A stretch of DNA of 49,832 nt from Candidatus Bipolaricaulota bacterium (lineage in GTDB: Bacteria; Bipolaricaulota; Bipolaricaulia; UBA7950; UBA9294). Position numbers and translations under genes: made by a program. The stretch covers positions 1 to 49,832 of the forward strand of contig JAGLXM010000145.1 of NCBI GenBank assembly GCA_023132915.1, in the 5' to 3' direction. This document shows, piece by piece, positions 16,622 to 25,378 of this stretch; within the stretch, counting starts at the first letter, position 1; every line of letters begins with the position of its first letter. Below the pieces are notes generated by a model. That model had not been told where the DNA came from and searched no databases. It was given only the letters and a program-made list of their open reading frames with translations.

Positions 16622-18469
16622 TCAAGGCCGCCCGAGGGTCTCGACGATCCGCTCGGCAAGGGGTTTGGGAATCTCGGGGAGGGAGGAAATCTCCTCGATG
16701 CTCGCACGCGAGAGCCGATCGAGTGAGCCGAAACGCTTGATGAGCGCCGATCTTCTCTTCGGCCCTACACCTGGGATCTCATCTAGCTGTGAGGAGAGCG
16801 AGCGGCGGGCGCGCAGCCGGCGGTGATAGGTGATCGCGAACCGATGGGCCTCATCGCGGATCTGGCGGAGCAGGAGAAGCGCTTTGCTATCAGGTGGAAG
16901 GCAAATCGGGTCCGACTTTCCAGGCTGAAAGACCTCCTCGTGACGCTTGGCGAGACCGATCGTCTCGATCCCATCGACCTCGAGTTCGGTCAAGACCGAT
17001 ACCGCGACGTTCAGCTGCCCCTTCCCCCCATCGATTAGCAACAAGTCGGGAAACTGTGAGAACTTCCCGCGCGACACGCTGGGATCGTTTAACTCGGCTA
17101 AGCCGCGGCGGAAACGACGGCGGAGGACCTCGGCCATCATCGCGTAGTCGTCCGGTTTCCCTCCAAAGCGCACCTTGAACCTACGGTAGGCGTCGCGCAG
17201 GGGACGTCCGTTCTCGAAGACGACCATCGACCCGGTCGCCTCCCCTCCTTGCGTGTTTGAGATGTCGAACGCTTCGATCCGCTGCGGGAAAGAGGAGAGT
17301 GAGAGTGCTTCGGCGAGCTCGGCCAGGGCGGCGCTTGACTCTTCGCGGAGCGAAGTCGTGATTCTCTCCCCTTTAAGGGAATAGCGCGCGTTTTCGTTCA
17401 CCATCTCGACCAATCGGTGCTTCTCCCCGCGTTGGGGAACCTTCAATCTTGCACGCTTCCCGCGTAGGGAGGAGAGCCACGCACCGATCCGCTCGGCGTC
17501 CGGGATCTCCGTTGGAAGGAGGACCTCCTGTGGGATAGTTGTCGCCGCGGCGTAGTACTGGGCGAGGAAGGCGGAGAGGACCTCCTTTACACTCGGTTCT
17601 TGAGGGGCGCGTAGGTGAAAGGTCTTCCGGCCGCTTAACCGTCCCTCGCGGATGAGGAAGACCTCGGCACAGGCGCGATCCTTATCGATCGCGATCCCGA
17701 TCGCGTCGCGGTCGATTGTATCAGGAAGAGCGACCGACTGCCGTTCAAGGGCGCGGCTAAGCGCGGTGATCTGATTCCGTATGTTCGCTGCCTGCTCGAA
17801 CCGCTTCTCCACGGCTGCCGCCCCCATCCGCTCTCGCAGGCGCTTTACCAACCCAAAGGTCCGTCCATCGAAGAGCATCGCTGCTCCTTCGACGGCTTGA
17901 GCGTATTCCTCCTCGCTCACGAGATTGGCGCACGGTCCCAGACACCGGCCGATATGGTAGTTGAGGCAAGGCCTGCGCGGCTTCTTTAAGGGGAGGGTAA
18001 GGTTACAGGTGCGAATCGGGAATAGCTTCTGGGCGAGCTTGAGGGTCGATCGCATCGCCTTGGCGTTGGTATAGGGGCCGAAGTAACGGGCCCCGTCTTT
18101 GTGTCGGCGGCGGACGATCATCACTCGCGGGTAGGGTTCATCGGTGATCTTTAGGTAGGGATAGCGCTTGTCGTCGCGCAGGCGGATGTTGAACCGCGGC
18201 TGGTGGCGCTTGATCAGGCTGTCCTCGAGGATGAACGCCTCTGCCTCGGTGGTGGTCTTGATAACCTCAAGGTCAGCAATCTCAGACACCAACGCTCGTG
18301 TCTTTACCTCCATCCCCTGAGTTGAGTGAAAGTAGGAGCGGACTCTGGTTTTGAGCACCGCGGCCTTCCCCACGTAGATCACTGCCCCTCCCGCGTCCTT
18401 CATCAGGTAAACCCCGGGCGAGGAGGGAAGTTGAGCGAGCTTCTCAGTGATACGATCGGTTGTCGGCAT
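16622..18469 (-). CDS. uvrC: excinuclease ABC subunit C
   Basis: GIY-YIG N-terminus (PGVYLMKDAGGAVIYVGKA), UvrBC-interaction and RNase H-like regions, C-terminal (HhH)2. Start ATG 18469, with in-frame alternatives up to 18511. Confidence 0.93.
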   Translation of the reverse strand: MPTTDRITEKLAQLPSSPGVYLMKDAGGAVIYVGKAAVLKTRVRSYFHSTQGMEVKTRALVSEIADLEVIKTTTEAEAFILEDSLIKRHQPRFNIRLRDDKRYPYLKITDEPYPRVMIVRRRHKDGARYFGPYTNAKAMRSTLKLAQKLFPIRTCNLTLPLKKPRRPCLNYHIGRCLGPCANLVSEEEYAQAVEGAAMLFDGRTFGLVKRLRERMGAAAVEKRFEQAANIRNQITALSRALERQSVALPDTIDRDAIGIAIDKDRACAEVFLIREGRLSGRKTFHLRAPQEPSVKEVLSAFLAQYYAAATTIPQEVLLPTEIPDAERIGAWLSSLRGKRARLKVPQRGEKHRLVEMVNENARYSLKGERITTSLREESSAALAELAEALSLSSFPQRIEAFDISNTQGGEATGSMVVFENGRPLRDAYRRFKVRFGGKPDDYAMMAEVLRRRFRRGLAELNDPSVSRGKFSQFPDLLLIDGGKGQLNVAVSVLTELEVDGIETIGLAKRHEEVFQPGKSDPICLPPDSKALLLLRQIRDEAHRFAITYHRRLRARRSLSSQLDEIPGVGPKRRSALIKRFGSLDRLSRASIEEISSLPEIPKPLAERIVETLGRP

Positions 18470-18516
18470 GTTTCCTTTTTGCATGTTAGTCAAGAGGAAG
18501 AAGGGACTCAAACTGG

Positions 18517-18805
18517 CTAGATAATCCGTTCCAGACGCGAGTTGGGGGTGATCCCAGGAATCCTCCCTCGTTTGGCGACCGGGCGGCCCTCGATCTGTTT
18601 GATGTCAGCGGTGAAGTCGATCGGGGAAGCGCTGGAGATGGCGCTTCCGACCCCGAAGGCGTCGACCGGTGCCCTTTGTTTCTGAAACAGGGAGATACGA
18701 TCCGGGTCGATCCCGCCGCGCTTCTTCGCCGCAGAACGGAGGGTATCCCTTCTCGAGGAAGCCGCGCTGCATGTCGATCACAACCAGTGCGCAATGATCA
18801 CTCAT
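18517..18805 (-). pseudogene. deletion remnant: isochorismatase/nicotinamidase-like N-terminus fused out of frame to the C-terminus of a nicotinate phosphoribosyltransferase-like gene
   Basis: Frame 1: MSDHCALVVIDMQRGFLEKGYP. Frame +1: KKRGGIDPDRISLFQKQRAPVDAFGVGSAISSASPIDFTADIKQIEGRPVAKRGRIPG...RLERII stop. About 290 nt in total, too short for either gene. Confidence 0.55.
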
Positions 18806-18858
18806 CCTGTCCGCCTTGCCAGGTCCTGCGGTCATCATAGACCCTGGACTAGGGAATT

Positions 18859-19806
18859 TCAACGGCCTTCCAGCGTGGAGGGACCGAGCCTCGGGGACGC
18901 TTTAGTCCGTTTTCGCCACTGTGCCAGGCTGGCGCCTCCCACAACCAGGAGCATGGCAGCGATCTGAATCGGAACAAGCCGCTCATCCAAGGCCCCCCAG
19001 GCGATCAGTGCCGTACCCAGCGGAGCGAGGTTTAACATCACGTTCGCCTCTACGGCTGTAAGATGCTGTAACGAGTGGTTAAAAAAGAGGTAGGCGATCA
19101 GGGTGTTCACCGTCGCGAGTCCCAGGATCACCCCCCAGGCGAAGAGGGGCATGTGAGGGATTCCCTCGAGCCATCCGGCAAGAAGGAGGAGAACACCGCC
19201 GCCGATCCCCAGTGGGAGCGCCGTCAGGGTCACATTCTCCACCTGGCGATCACGGGCCACCTCACGTGCTAGCACTGGAAACGCAGAAAAACTAAGGATG
19301 GCAATGGCGAGGAGACCAAGTGGAAGCGGGTCTCCCAACTCTAACCCAGGGGAGAAGAAGAGGACACTCCCACCGATCGTGATCGCGAGCCCCATCAGTT
19401 GAACGGGACGCGGCCGTTCCTTGAGCCGCACTATCCCGAGCAGCAGAACCGGGATCGGGGCCAAGCACAGGGCGAGCGAGCCTGTAGTGGCTGAGAGCGT
19501 TTTAAGGGCAAGAAATAGGGCACCGTTTCCGATCGTGTACTGGGCAAAACCCATGAGGGTAAACCGCGACCACTGCGCTTTGGTGAGAAAGGGTGATCTT
19601 CTCTGTTGCTTCAAGAGCCACGGGAGAAGGAACAGGAAAGCAAGGAAGTAGCGCAAACCAGCCACGGTGAACGGGCCTGTGTAGGTGAGCGCCACCTTCA
19701 CCCCTACGAACGACGAGGACCAAATAAGGGCCGTGAGGAGCGCCTCCGAAACTGCAAGCAGGTGACCCGGATGAGACGGAGCAAGCTCTTCAGTGTGTTT
19801 CCTCAT
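18859..19806 (-). CDS. DMT-superfamily transporter (two EamA domains)
   Basis: Ten predicted transmembrane segments and an EamA-like pattern (ALIWSSSFVGVKVAL...). Start taken at the ATG at 19806. Confidence 0.8.
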   Translation of the reverse strand: MRKHTEELAPSHPGHLLAVSEALLTALIWSSSFVGVKVALTYTGPFTVAGLRYFLAFLFLLPWLLKQQRRSPFLTKAQWSRFTLMGFAQYTIGNGALFLALKTLSATTGSLALCLAPIPVLLLGIVRLKERPRPVQLMGLAITIGGSVLFFSPGLELGDPLPLGLLAIAILSFSAFPVLAREVARDRQVENVTLTALPLGIGGGVLLLLAGWLEGIPHMPLFAWGVILGLATVNTLIAYLFFNHSLQHLTAVEANVMLNLAPLGTALIAWGALDERLVPIQIAAMLLVVGGASLAQWRKRTKASPRLGPSTLEGR

Positions 19807-20059
19807 GGGAAGATGATGATATCCGAAAGGGCGCTGTTGTTTCTTTTTTTCACGCGTGGAGTTCACAAAACGTCCATATGTCCTCCACGTAAGCTCCACA
19901 CACAGGGCGTAGACTTGTGATAGAGCAAAAAAGTACCTCCTTACCAGGAAGATCCGAGACAAGAAGCCGGAAGGGGCCCCGAAAAGGGGCCTCTTCTTCC
20001 TTGATCTTGCCTGCGGGGAGAGCCTAGGGTATCATCACACACCAGAGACTCGAAGGTTA

Positions 20060-20392
20060 GTGATTCCCACAGTGCGAAATTTTTTTGTAAAATACTTGTT
20101 ATTCTGGGTACGCCGTGCCAAGCACCTTGCCGATGCTCACGGCTTGGATCTGCGGGTCTTCCTCTTTCTCTCTTTGTTGGGGTACCTGATTCAGGGGCTC
20201 TACTTCCTTCCCTGGTTTAAAGGGAAGAGCGTTGACCTCGGCCTCCTAGTCTCCCTCAGGTTCGTCGGACTTGTCGGACCGTTCTACATCCTGCTTAAGG
20301 GAAAGAAGATCGCGGCGGTGCTCAATCTCTCCCTTGTCGCAACCTGGTCTTTCAACACCGCCTGGCACGTCTGTCACTTTGTCTACCTTTAG
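20060..20392 (+). CDS. hypothetical small membrane protein
   Basis: 110 aa with three hydrophobic segments and no recognisable motif. Confidence 0.45.
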   Translation: MIPTVRNFFVKYLLFWVRRAKHLADAHGLDLRVFLFLSLLGYLIQGLYFLPWFKGKSVDLGLLVSLRFVGLVGPFYILLKGKKIAAVLNLSLVATWSFNTAWHVCHFVYL

Positions 20393-20434
20393 TACCCTCT
20401 TGCGGTGATGAAGCCCTGTCTTCCTTTCCAACCC

Positions 20435-20977
20435 CTAAATGTAATAATGCATCCCGATCCCGCCGGAGAGGAACGAAAAGTTAAGCGGGTCGAACAGGTC
20501 CCAGGTGAGGCCGTACTCAAACGTGCCCACCAGCCGATCGAGCCAGATTCCCTCAACCTCGATCACGCCCATTCCGGAGAGGATCGCCCCTTCCATACTG
20601 GAGTGGATCATCGGCTGTTTAATACCCTCCGTGGGAGGCGTTTCTTCCTCTTCGAAGGCGAATGTGATCGCAGCGCCACCGGAGAAGTAGTAGTTGACGT
20701 TCTCATCCTGCCGGACCGGATAGAGGAGCTTTCCAGAGAGCGTCAGTTCGAGCCGCCGCACTTCGTAATCGCCCTCCACATCACGGGACGTCGGGTTGGG
20801 GAAGATGTTGAACTCGAACCCGATCCCCTCGGCGTTGAAGAAACGGACGCTTAACCCGGTGAACGGATAGTTGATCTGGATTCCGATTCCCCATCCCTTG
20901 TCTGGGAGGCCAGCTTGACCGATCAGAGCGAACAACAAAACAAGCCCGAATGTCAGCAGAAAAGACCTCTTGATCAT
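20435..20977 (-). CDS. hypothetical secreted / outer-membrane beta-barrel-like protein
   Basis: Signal peptide MIKRSFLLTFGLVLLFALIGQAG. Alternating aromatic/Gly-rich beta-strand pattern and an aromatic C-terminus (GMHYYI). Confidence 0.55.
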   Translation of the reverse strand: MIKRSFLLTFGLVLLFALIGQAGLPDKGWGIGIQINYPFTGLSVRFFNAEGIGFEFNIFPNPTSRDVEGDYEVRRLELTLSGKLLYPVRQDENVNYYFSGGAAITFAFEEEETPPTEGIKQPMIHSSMEGAILSGMGVIEVEGIWLDRLVGTFEYGLTWDLFDPLNFSFLSGGIGMHYYI

Positions 20978-21044
20978 GATTTCCTCCTTTGTGCACTTTG
21001 TGTGGACATCACTTTACCGTTCCGCTCCTTGTGGTGTCAACTGG

Positions 21045-21072
21045 TTGATCAGTTAAAGAGCGCCGTTATAAT
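21045..21072 (+). promoter_or_regulatory. candidate promoter TTGATC-16-TATAAT for tRNA-Ala
   Basis: Hexamers at 21045-21050 and 21067-21072, 13 nt upstream of the tRNA 5' end. Confidence 0.5.
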
Positions 21073-21085
21073 GTTGTTTGCTAAT

Positions 21086-21161
21086 GGGGGTGTAGCTCTA
21101 ACGGGAGAGCGCCTGCTTTGCACGCAGGAGGATGGCGGTTCGAATCCGCTCGCCTCCACCA
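21086..21161 (+). tRNA. tRNA-Ala (anticodon UGC), CCA encoded
   Basis: The cloverleaf folds by hand: acceptor GGGGGTG/CGCCTCC with the G3:U70 Ala identity pair, anticodon loop TTTGCAC, T-loop TTCGAAT. Confidence 0.92.
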
Positions 21162-21274
21162 GAACAAAGCCGAATCGCTCTGTTTAAGTGGCTTTTCGCT
21201 GCTTCTCCCCAACAGATCCGAGATACACGAATGGAGAACGGTGTTTCATCCTGGTGGGTAGTCCTGCAAGTAGC

Positions 21275-21303
21275 TTGACAAATTCCCGAGCCGTAACTAT
21301 TCT
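21275..21303 (+). promoter_or_regulatory. candidate promoter TTGACA-17-TATTCT for the 1260-aa gene (very short or no leader)
   Basis: The -10 element ends 9 nt before the ATG at 21313. No SD is visible. Confidence 0.4.
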
Positions 21304-21312
21304 CAGTTTAAG

Positions 21313-24300
21313 ATGAATGGGGGAATCTTCACGCTTTCCAGGGAAGAACTGCGGCGGCTTGACTCGACGGAGGCAGTGCAAGCTTTCCGAGAGCTTCTGT
21401 GGGCGGAAGCTACAGCCCTTTCAATCGCGAAGAACCTCATCGATGTACCTGGCTCGATAAACGCGCGAGATGGAGGGATCGATGCCAAGGTAGAGGGCGT
21501 AACCGTTGGCACGGGGCAAGGAATCATTAAGGCCGGCACAACCTGCTATCAGATCAAGGCGGGAAAATTCAGTCCAACTCAGCCCGCGAACATCACCAAG
21601 ATTCTTTGTCGCCCATCTCCCAACAACCACGAATTGCAGCCTAAGGTCAAGACATGTCTTGACCAGGATGGTACGCTGGTAGTCGTGCTATTCGGGAACG
21701 ATAGCCCTGATCAGACTGATAATCAGCTGAAGAACCTATACATTAGCAGGCTTTCGAAAATCGATGTCAGATACAAGTCCGCAACAGTGGAGGTTTGGAG
21801 ACAGAGCAAGTTGTTGGGTTTCTTCCAGCGATTTCCTTCTCTTGTTCTCAAACTGAAGCGCTATGACAATGCGCCTTTCAAGTTCCACGATAGCTGGGCG
21901 GACGAACCGGAAATGCGAAGGCGTCTTGAAGTCGGACAACATCAAGAATCGCTGATCGCCGAGGTTCGGGAGGTTCTAAGGCGTGATGCCGATGGCGCTA
22001 TTCATCTGCGTGTGAGCGGCGCTCCAGGGATTGGCAAAACGAGACTGATTCTCGAAGCAACTCGTGCAGAGGACCTTGCTCCGCTCGTCATATACTGCCA
22101 ATCAGCATCCGTCTTTCGCGACAGCCTGCTCTTGCATCAGATGACCCGGAGAGACAACGAAGGTCGTGTCCTACTTGTCATCGATGAGTGTGCTGCTGGG
22201 GAGAGCGCTGAGTTCTGGAACGGCTTGGCATCGATGGGCTCCCGGCTCAAACTGATCACGATCCATCACGAGGCGAATCCTACTAGCGGACGTACTGTCC
22301 GAGTCGAGATTCCGCGACTGGGCGATGACCAAGTGGAGAAGATAATGGCTAGCTACGATATCCCTGAGGAGCAAGCTACTAGGTTCGCCAGCTACTGCAA
22401 AGGATCTCCACGGGCAGCACACGTGCTAGGGCAGAACCTAGCCGCCAATCCAGAGGATCTGCTACGGACGCCGGACACTGTTCTCGTATGGGATCGCTGG
22501 GTCGCAGGGCGAGATGATCTCGACAGTCAGGTCGTTCGAGAGAGGCGCACGGTTCTTCGCTATCTCGCATTGTTTAAGGGTTTCGGTTTCGGTCCACCGT
22601 ATGGCGGTGAAGCAAGAGCTATTGCAGGTATGATCGAAGGCGCAGACCGGGCAATTACACTGCCTAAGTTCTCTGAGATCATCCAGGGACTCAGGCAGCG
22701 GAAGCTCCTGCAAGGTGAGACAACGCTCTACATTGCACCGGACGTCCTGCACATCAGGCTGTGGAGCGAATGGTGGGATACGTACGGGCCTACAATCGAT
22801 ATCGTCGATTTCGTTAACCGATTACCGTTCGAACTGCGTGAAGGTTTCTTCGAGATGTTTCGCTATGCCCGGGAATCCGAGATCGCTTCTAGAGCTGTTG
22901 AGCGACTAGTCGGCCCGGGTGGACCGTTTTGGGACACGGAGCTCCTTCAGACAGAGCTTGGTGGTAGTTTTTTTCGCGCATTGACTGAAGCCAATCCTCG
23001 AGCAACGCTGCGATGCCTTGAGAACTCTATTCCCAACTGGGGTCTGGAGCGGATTCTTCAATTCACAAGCGGCAGACGCCAGAGCATTGAAGCACTTCAG
23101 CTCATCTGCGTGTGGCGCGAACTCTTCGCTGGTGCAGCAAGAGTACTGCTCCTCTTGGCGGAAGGAGAGAACGAGAGCTGGGCCAACAACGCTACCGGAG
23201 TTTTCGTAGACCTCTTTTCTCCAGCTCCCGGACGAGTGGCTCCAACAGAAGCGTCTCCAGAAGAACGGTTTCCGGTACTGAAAGAAGCGCTTCTTTTTGG
23301 CACGGACGCGCAGCAAGCCATCGCCGTCCAAGCCTGCGGCTCTGCCTTGAGTACAGGCCCATTCATGCGTATGGCTGGGCCCGAGCATCAGGGCCTTCGA
23401 CCCGAGGCGCAGCTCTGGAGCCCAAGGAGCAGGCAAGAGCACATCGATGCGTACCGCCGGGTGTGGGGTCTGTTGGTCGAGCATCTTGGCAACTTGCCGG
23501 ACACAACTCGCAGTGAAGCAGTCTCAATCCTCCTTCGGCAAGCTCAAGGACTAGTGGCAATCCCCGAACTCGAAAACCTCGTTCCGAACGACATCGGAAA
23601 ACTTGTCGAGCAGGGAATTGCATCCGACCGTGAGGTTGTGTCGACCGCTGCAGAGATCCTCCACTACCACGGCAGCGGTCTGTCGCCAGGTGCGCGGTCT
23701 CGCTGGGAGGCGCTACACGCCAGTCTGGCTGAGGCCGACTTCCATTCAAGATTGCGGCGCTACGTTGGCACCGCCCTGATATCGGATCACTTCGACGAAA
23801 CCGGGGAAAGAACTGACCGGAAGCAGTCAACGCTTGCTGAACTTGCTGAAGAAGCTCTCAATGATCTCGCACTTCTCGGTCCCGAGCTTCCCTGGCTAGT
23901 CACTGCCGAAGCAGAGGATGGTTACAGATTTGGCTATGAACTAGGCAAGAGAGACATTGAATCCTCTCTACTCCCGGGGCTGCTCGACGCACAGAAGGGA
24001 GCTGGGATTGCCGGAAGCTTAATGCTTCTGAGCGGATACCTTTGTGCGGTATCGGAGCGGGATGCTGCGAAATGCGAAAACCTCTTTGATGGCTTGCTGG
24101 AGAACAAGGACACGGCGGGCTGGGTGTTCGAGCTGGTATGGAGAAGCGGTGTAGTCACAGAGCGCACTACGAGAGTGATTCTTGGACTGCTGCGCGAGGG
24201 ATCTCTTGATCCGACAGACTTGCGCATGTTCGCATACGGCGGGCGCGTTCAGGATCTTTCGCAGGACATGTTTGAAAGCTGGGTTGAGATTCTTGTTGAC

Positions 24301-25095
24301 GGCCCCTCAGCTGAATACCTTTCGACGGCGCTGGTTCTGTCTAGGATGTACGAGGAGCAGACCGGATCGAGTGTGCCTGACCCCCTTCTGGAGAGGCTTC
24401 TTCTTCACTCTGTTTGGTTCTCCGAGGTCTCCAATTCATTGTCAAGCCAGACTGACGACTGGGCATGGTGCGAGCTCGCGACGCGGCTCATTGCACGCAA
24501 ACCTGAGGCAAGGCGCTTACTTGCCGAGAAGGTCCTCATGAACTTTGGTTCGAGGGGAATTGTATCGGGCAGACGCGTAGGGAGTGTGGTCAAGTTTCTC
24601 GCGAGGACGATCGATGAGGCTCCGGCGGAGTTGTGGGACCTCATCTCGCCCGATCTTGCCGACGGAGATACAAGGACATTCTGGATCAAGCAATGGCTCC
24701 AAGGAAGTGATTCGTTTGGATTGGTGCAGAATGGGGCACTTGAGCTGTTCCCCACCGAATTGATCTGGAGATGGGTCGAGGAAGATCCCAGCGAACGGGC
24801 CCCCATCCTTGCCTCACTTGTGCCCAAGGATTTGGGCGCCGACCCCTCCTATACGAGGGAACTCCTTGTTCGATACGGGAATATCGAGGGCGTACCGGTG
24901 GCCCTGAACGGCAGATATGCAAATGAGGGGTGGACGGGCCCGGAGAGCGAGCACTTTACGAAACGAAGAGACCACTACCTATCGATCCGAAATGATGAGT
25001 CGGATGTGCGGGTGGTGAGTTGGCTTGACAAGTACATCGAGTACTTGGACTACATGATCCGGCGTGCCGAGATTGAAGAGGAGAGGGAGGCATAG
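21313..25095 (+). CDS. Mrr-like PD-(D/E)xK nuclease / STAND-type P-loop NTPase / long helical C-terminal region (Avs-like single-gene candidate defence protein)
   Basis: aa 24-85: FRELLW...ARDGGIDAKVEG...CYQIKAGK (D53, D57, Q80-x-K82). Walker A VSGAPGIGKT (aa 234-243, nt 22018-22041). Walker B VLLVIDE (aa 286-292, nt 22168-22188). About 900 further residues are Leu/Ala/Glu/Arg-rich with no catalytic motif. Confidence 0.65.
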   Translation: MNGGIFTLSREELRRLDSTEAVQAFRELLWAEATALSIAKNLIDVPGSINARDGGIDAKVEGVTVGTGQGIIKAGTTCYQIKAGKFSPTQPANITKILCRPSPNNHELQPKVKTCLDQDGTLVVVLFGNDSPDQTDNQLKNLYISRLSKIDVRYKSATVEVWRQSKLLGFFQRFPSLVLKLKRYDNAPFKFHDSWADEPEMRRRLEVGQHQESLIAEVREVLRRDADGAIHLRVSGAPGIGKTRLILEATRAEDLAPLVIYCQSASVFRDSLLLHQMTRRDNEGRVLLVIDECAAGESAEFWNGLASMGSRLKLITIHHEANPTSGRTVRVEIPRLGDDQVEKIMASYDIPEEQATRFASYCKGSPRAAHVLGQNLAANPEDLLRTPDTVLVWDRWVAGRDDLDSQVVRERRTVLRYLALFKGFGFGPPYGGEARAIAGMIEGADRAITLPKFSEIIQGLRQRKLLQGETTLYIAPDVLHIRLWSEWWDTYGPTIDIVDFVNRLPFELREGFFEMFRYARESEIASRAVERLVGPGGPFWDTELLQTELGGSFFRALTEANPRATLRCLENSIPNWGLERILQFTSGRRQSIEALQLICVWRELFAGAARVLLLLAEGENESWANNATGVFVDLFSPAPGRVAPTEASPEERFPVLKEALLFGTDAQQAIAVQACGSALSTGPFMRMAGPEHQGLRPEAQLWSPRSRQEHIDAYRRVWGLLVEHLGNLPDTTRSEAVSILLRQAQGLVAIPELENLVPNDIGKLVEQGIASDREVVSTAAEILHYHGSGLSPGARSRWEALHASLAEADFHSRLRRYVGTALISDHFDETGERTDRKQSTLAELAEEALNDLALLGPELPWLVTAEAEDGYRFGYELGKRDIESSLLPGLLDAQKGAGIAGSLMLLSGYLCAVSERDAAKCENLFDGLLENKDTAGWVFELVWRSGVVTERTTRVILGLLREGSLDPTDLRMFAYGGRVQDLSQDMFESWVEILVDGPSAEYLSTALVLSRMYEEQTGSSVPDPLLERLLLHSVWFSEVSNSLSSQTDDWAWCELATRLIARKPEARRLLAEKVLMNFGSRGIVSGRRVGSVVKFLARTIDEAPAELWDLISPDLADGDTRTFWIKQWLQGSDSFGLVQNGALELFPTELIWRWVEEDPSERAPILASLVPKDLGADPSYTRELLVRYGNIEGVPVALNGRYANEGWTGPESEHFTKRRDHYLSIRNDESDVRVVSWLDKYIEYLDYMIRRAEIEEEREA

Positions 25096-25328
25096 GGTCT
25101 TTTCAGTATGCCTTGGCCAACGTGCGCATCGGAAGAAGGTTCGCCAATCGTTCACGCCAGGCTCTACCAAGAAGGATTCACTCGATCGAACGATCCGCGC
25201 CCGTGCTGCAGCGCCGAGTCGGAGAGATGGTGAAGGAGAACGCGAGCACCGGACCTATCGGGTGGATAAATATCCTACGTGGCCGCCGTCCCTGTTCATG
25301 CTCATCTTGTATGAGACAACTTTTTGCG

Positions 25329-25357
25329 TTGACTTGAAAAGGCGATAGCTTTACAAT
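25329..25357 (+). promoter_or_regulatory. candidate promoter TTGACT-17-TACAAT for frr
   Basis: Hexamers at 25329-25334 and 25352-25357, 21 nt upstream of the frr ATG. Confidence 0.55.
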
Positions 25358-25378
25358 TTCGCAACTGAGGTGTTTCCT

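Noticed and set aside
19960-20000. Strong GC hairpin GAAGGGGCC-CCGAAAAGG-GGCCTCTTC between the divergent eamA and the 20060 gene, considered as a terminator or sRNA
   Set aside because: It is not followed by a T-run on either strand and no convergent gene ends here. It may be regulatory, but nothing further can be supported from sequence.
22906-23830. 192-aa and 155-aa minus-strand ORFs embedded in the 1260-aa gene, considered as a possible antisense partner or antitoxin
   Set aside because: Pro/Arg/Ser-rich composition, no SD, no motif. They overlap each other in different frames, so they are most likely antisense noise.
21162-25369. Search for an att-type direct repeat of the tRNA-Ala 3' end, or for an integrase, to delimit an island around the 1260-aa gene
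   Set aside because: No copy of GGTTCGAATCCGCTCGCCTCCACCA or a long sub-string was seen between 25096 and 25369. The only similar T-arm string belongs to tRNA-Cys at 33.08 kb. No recombinase gene is present. The island boundaries therefore remain undefined.
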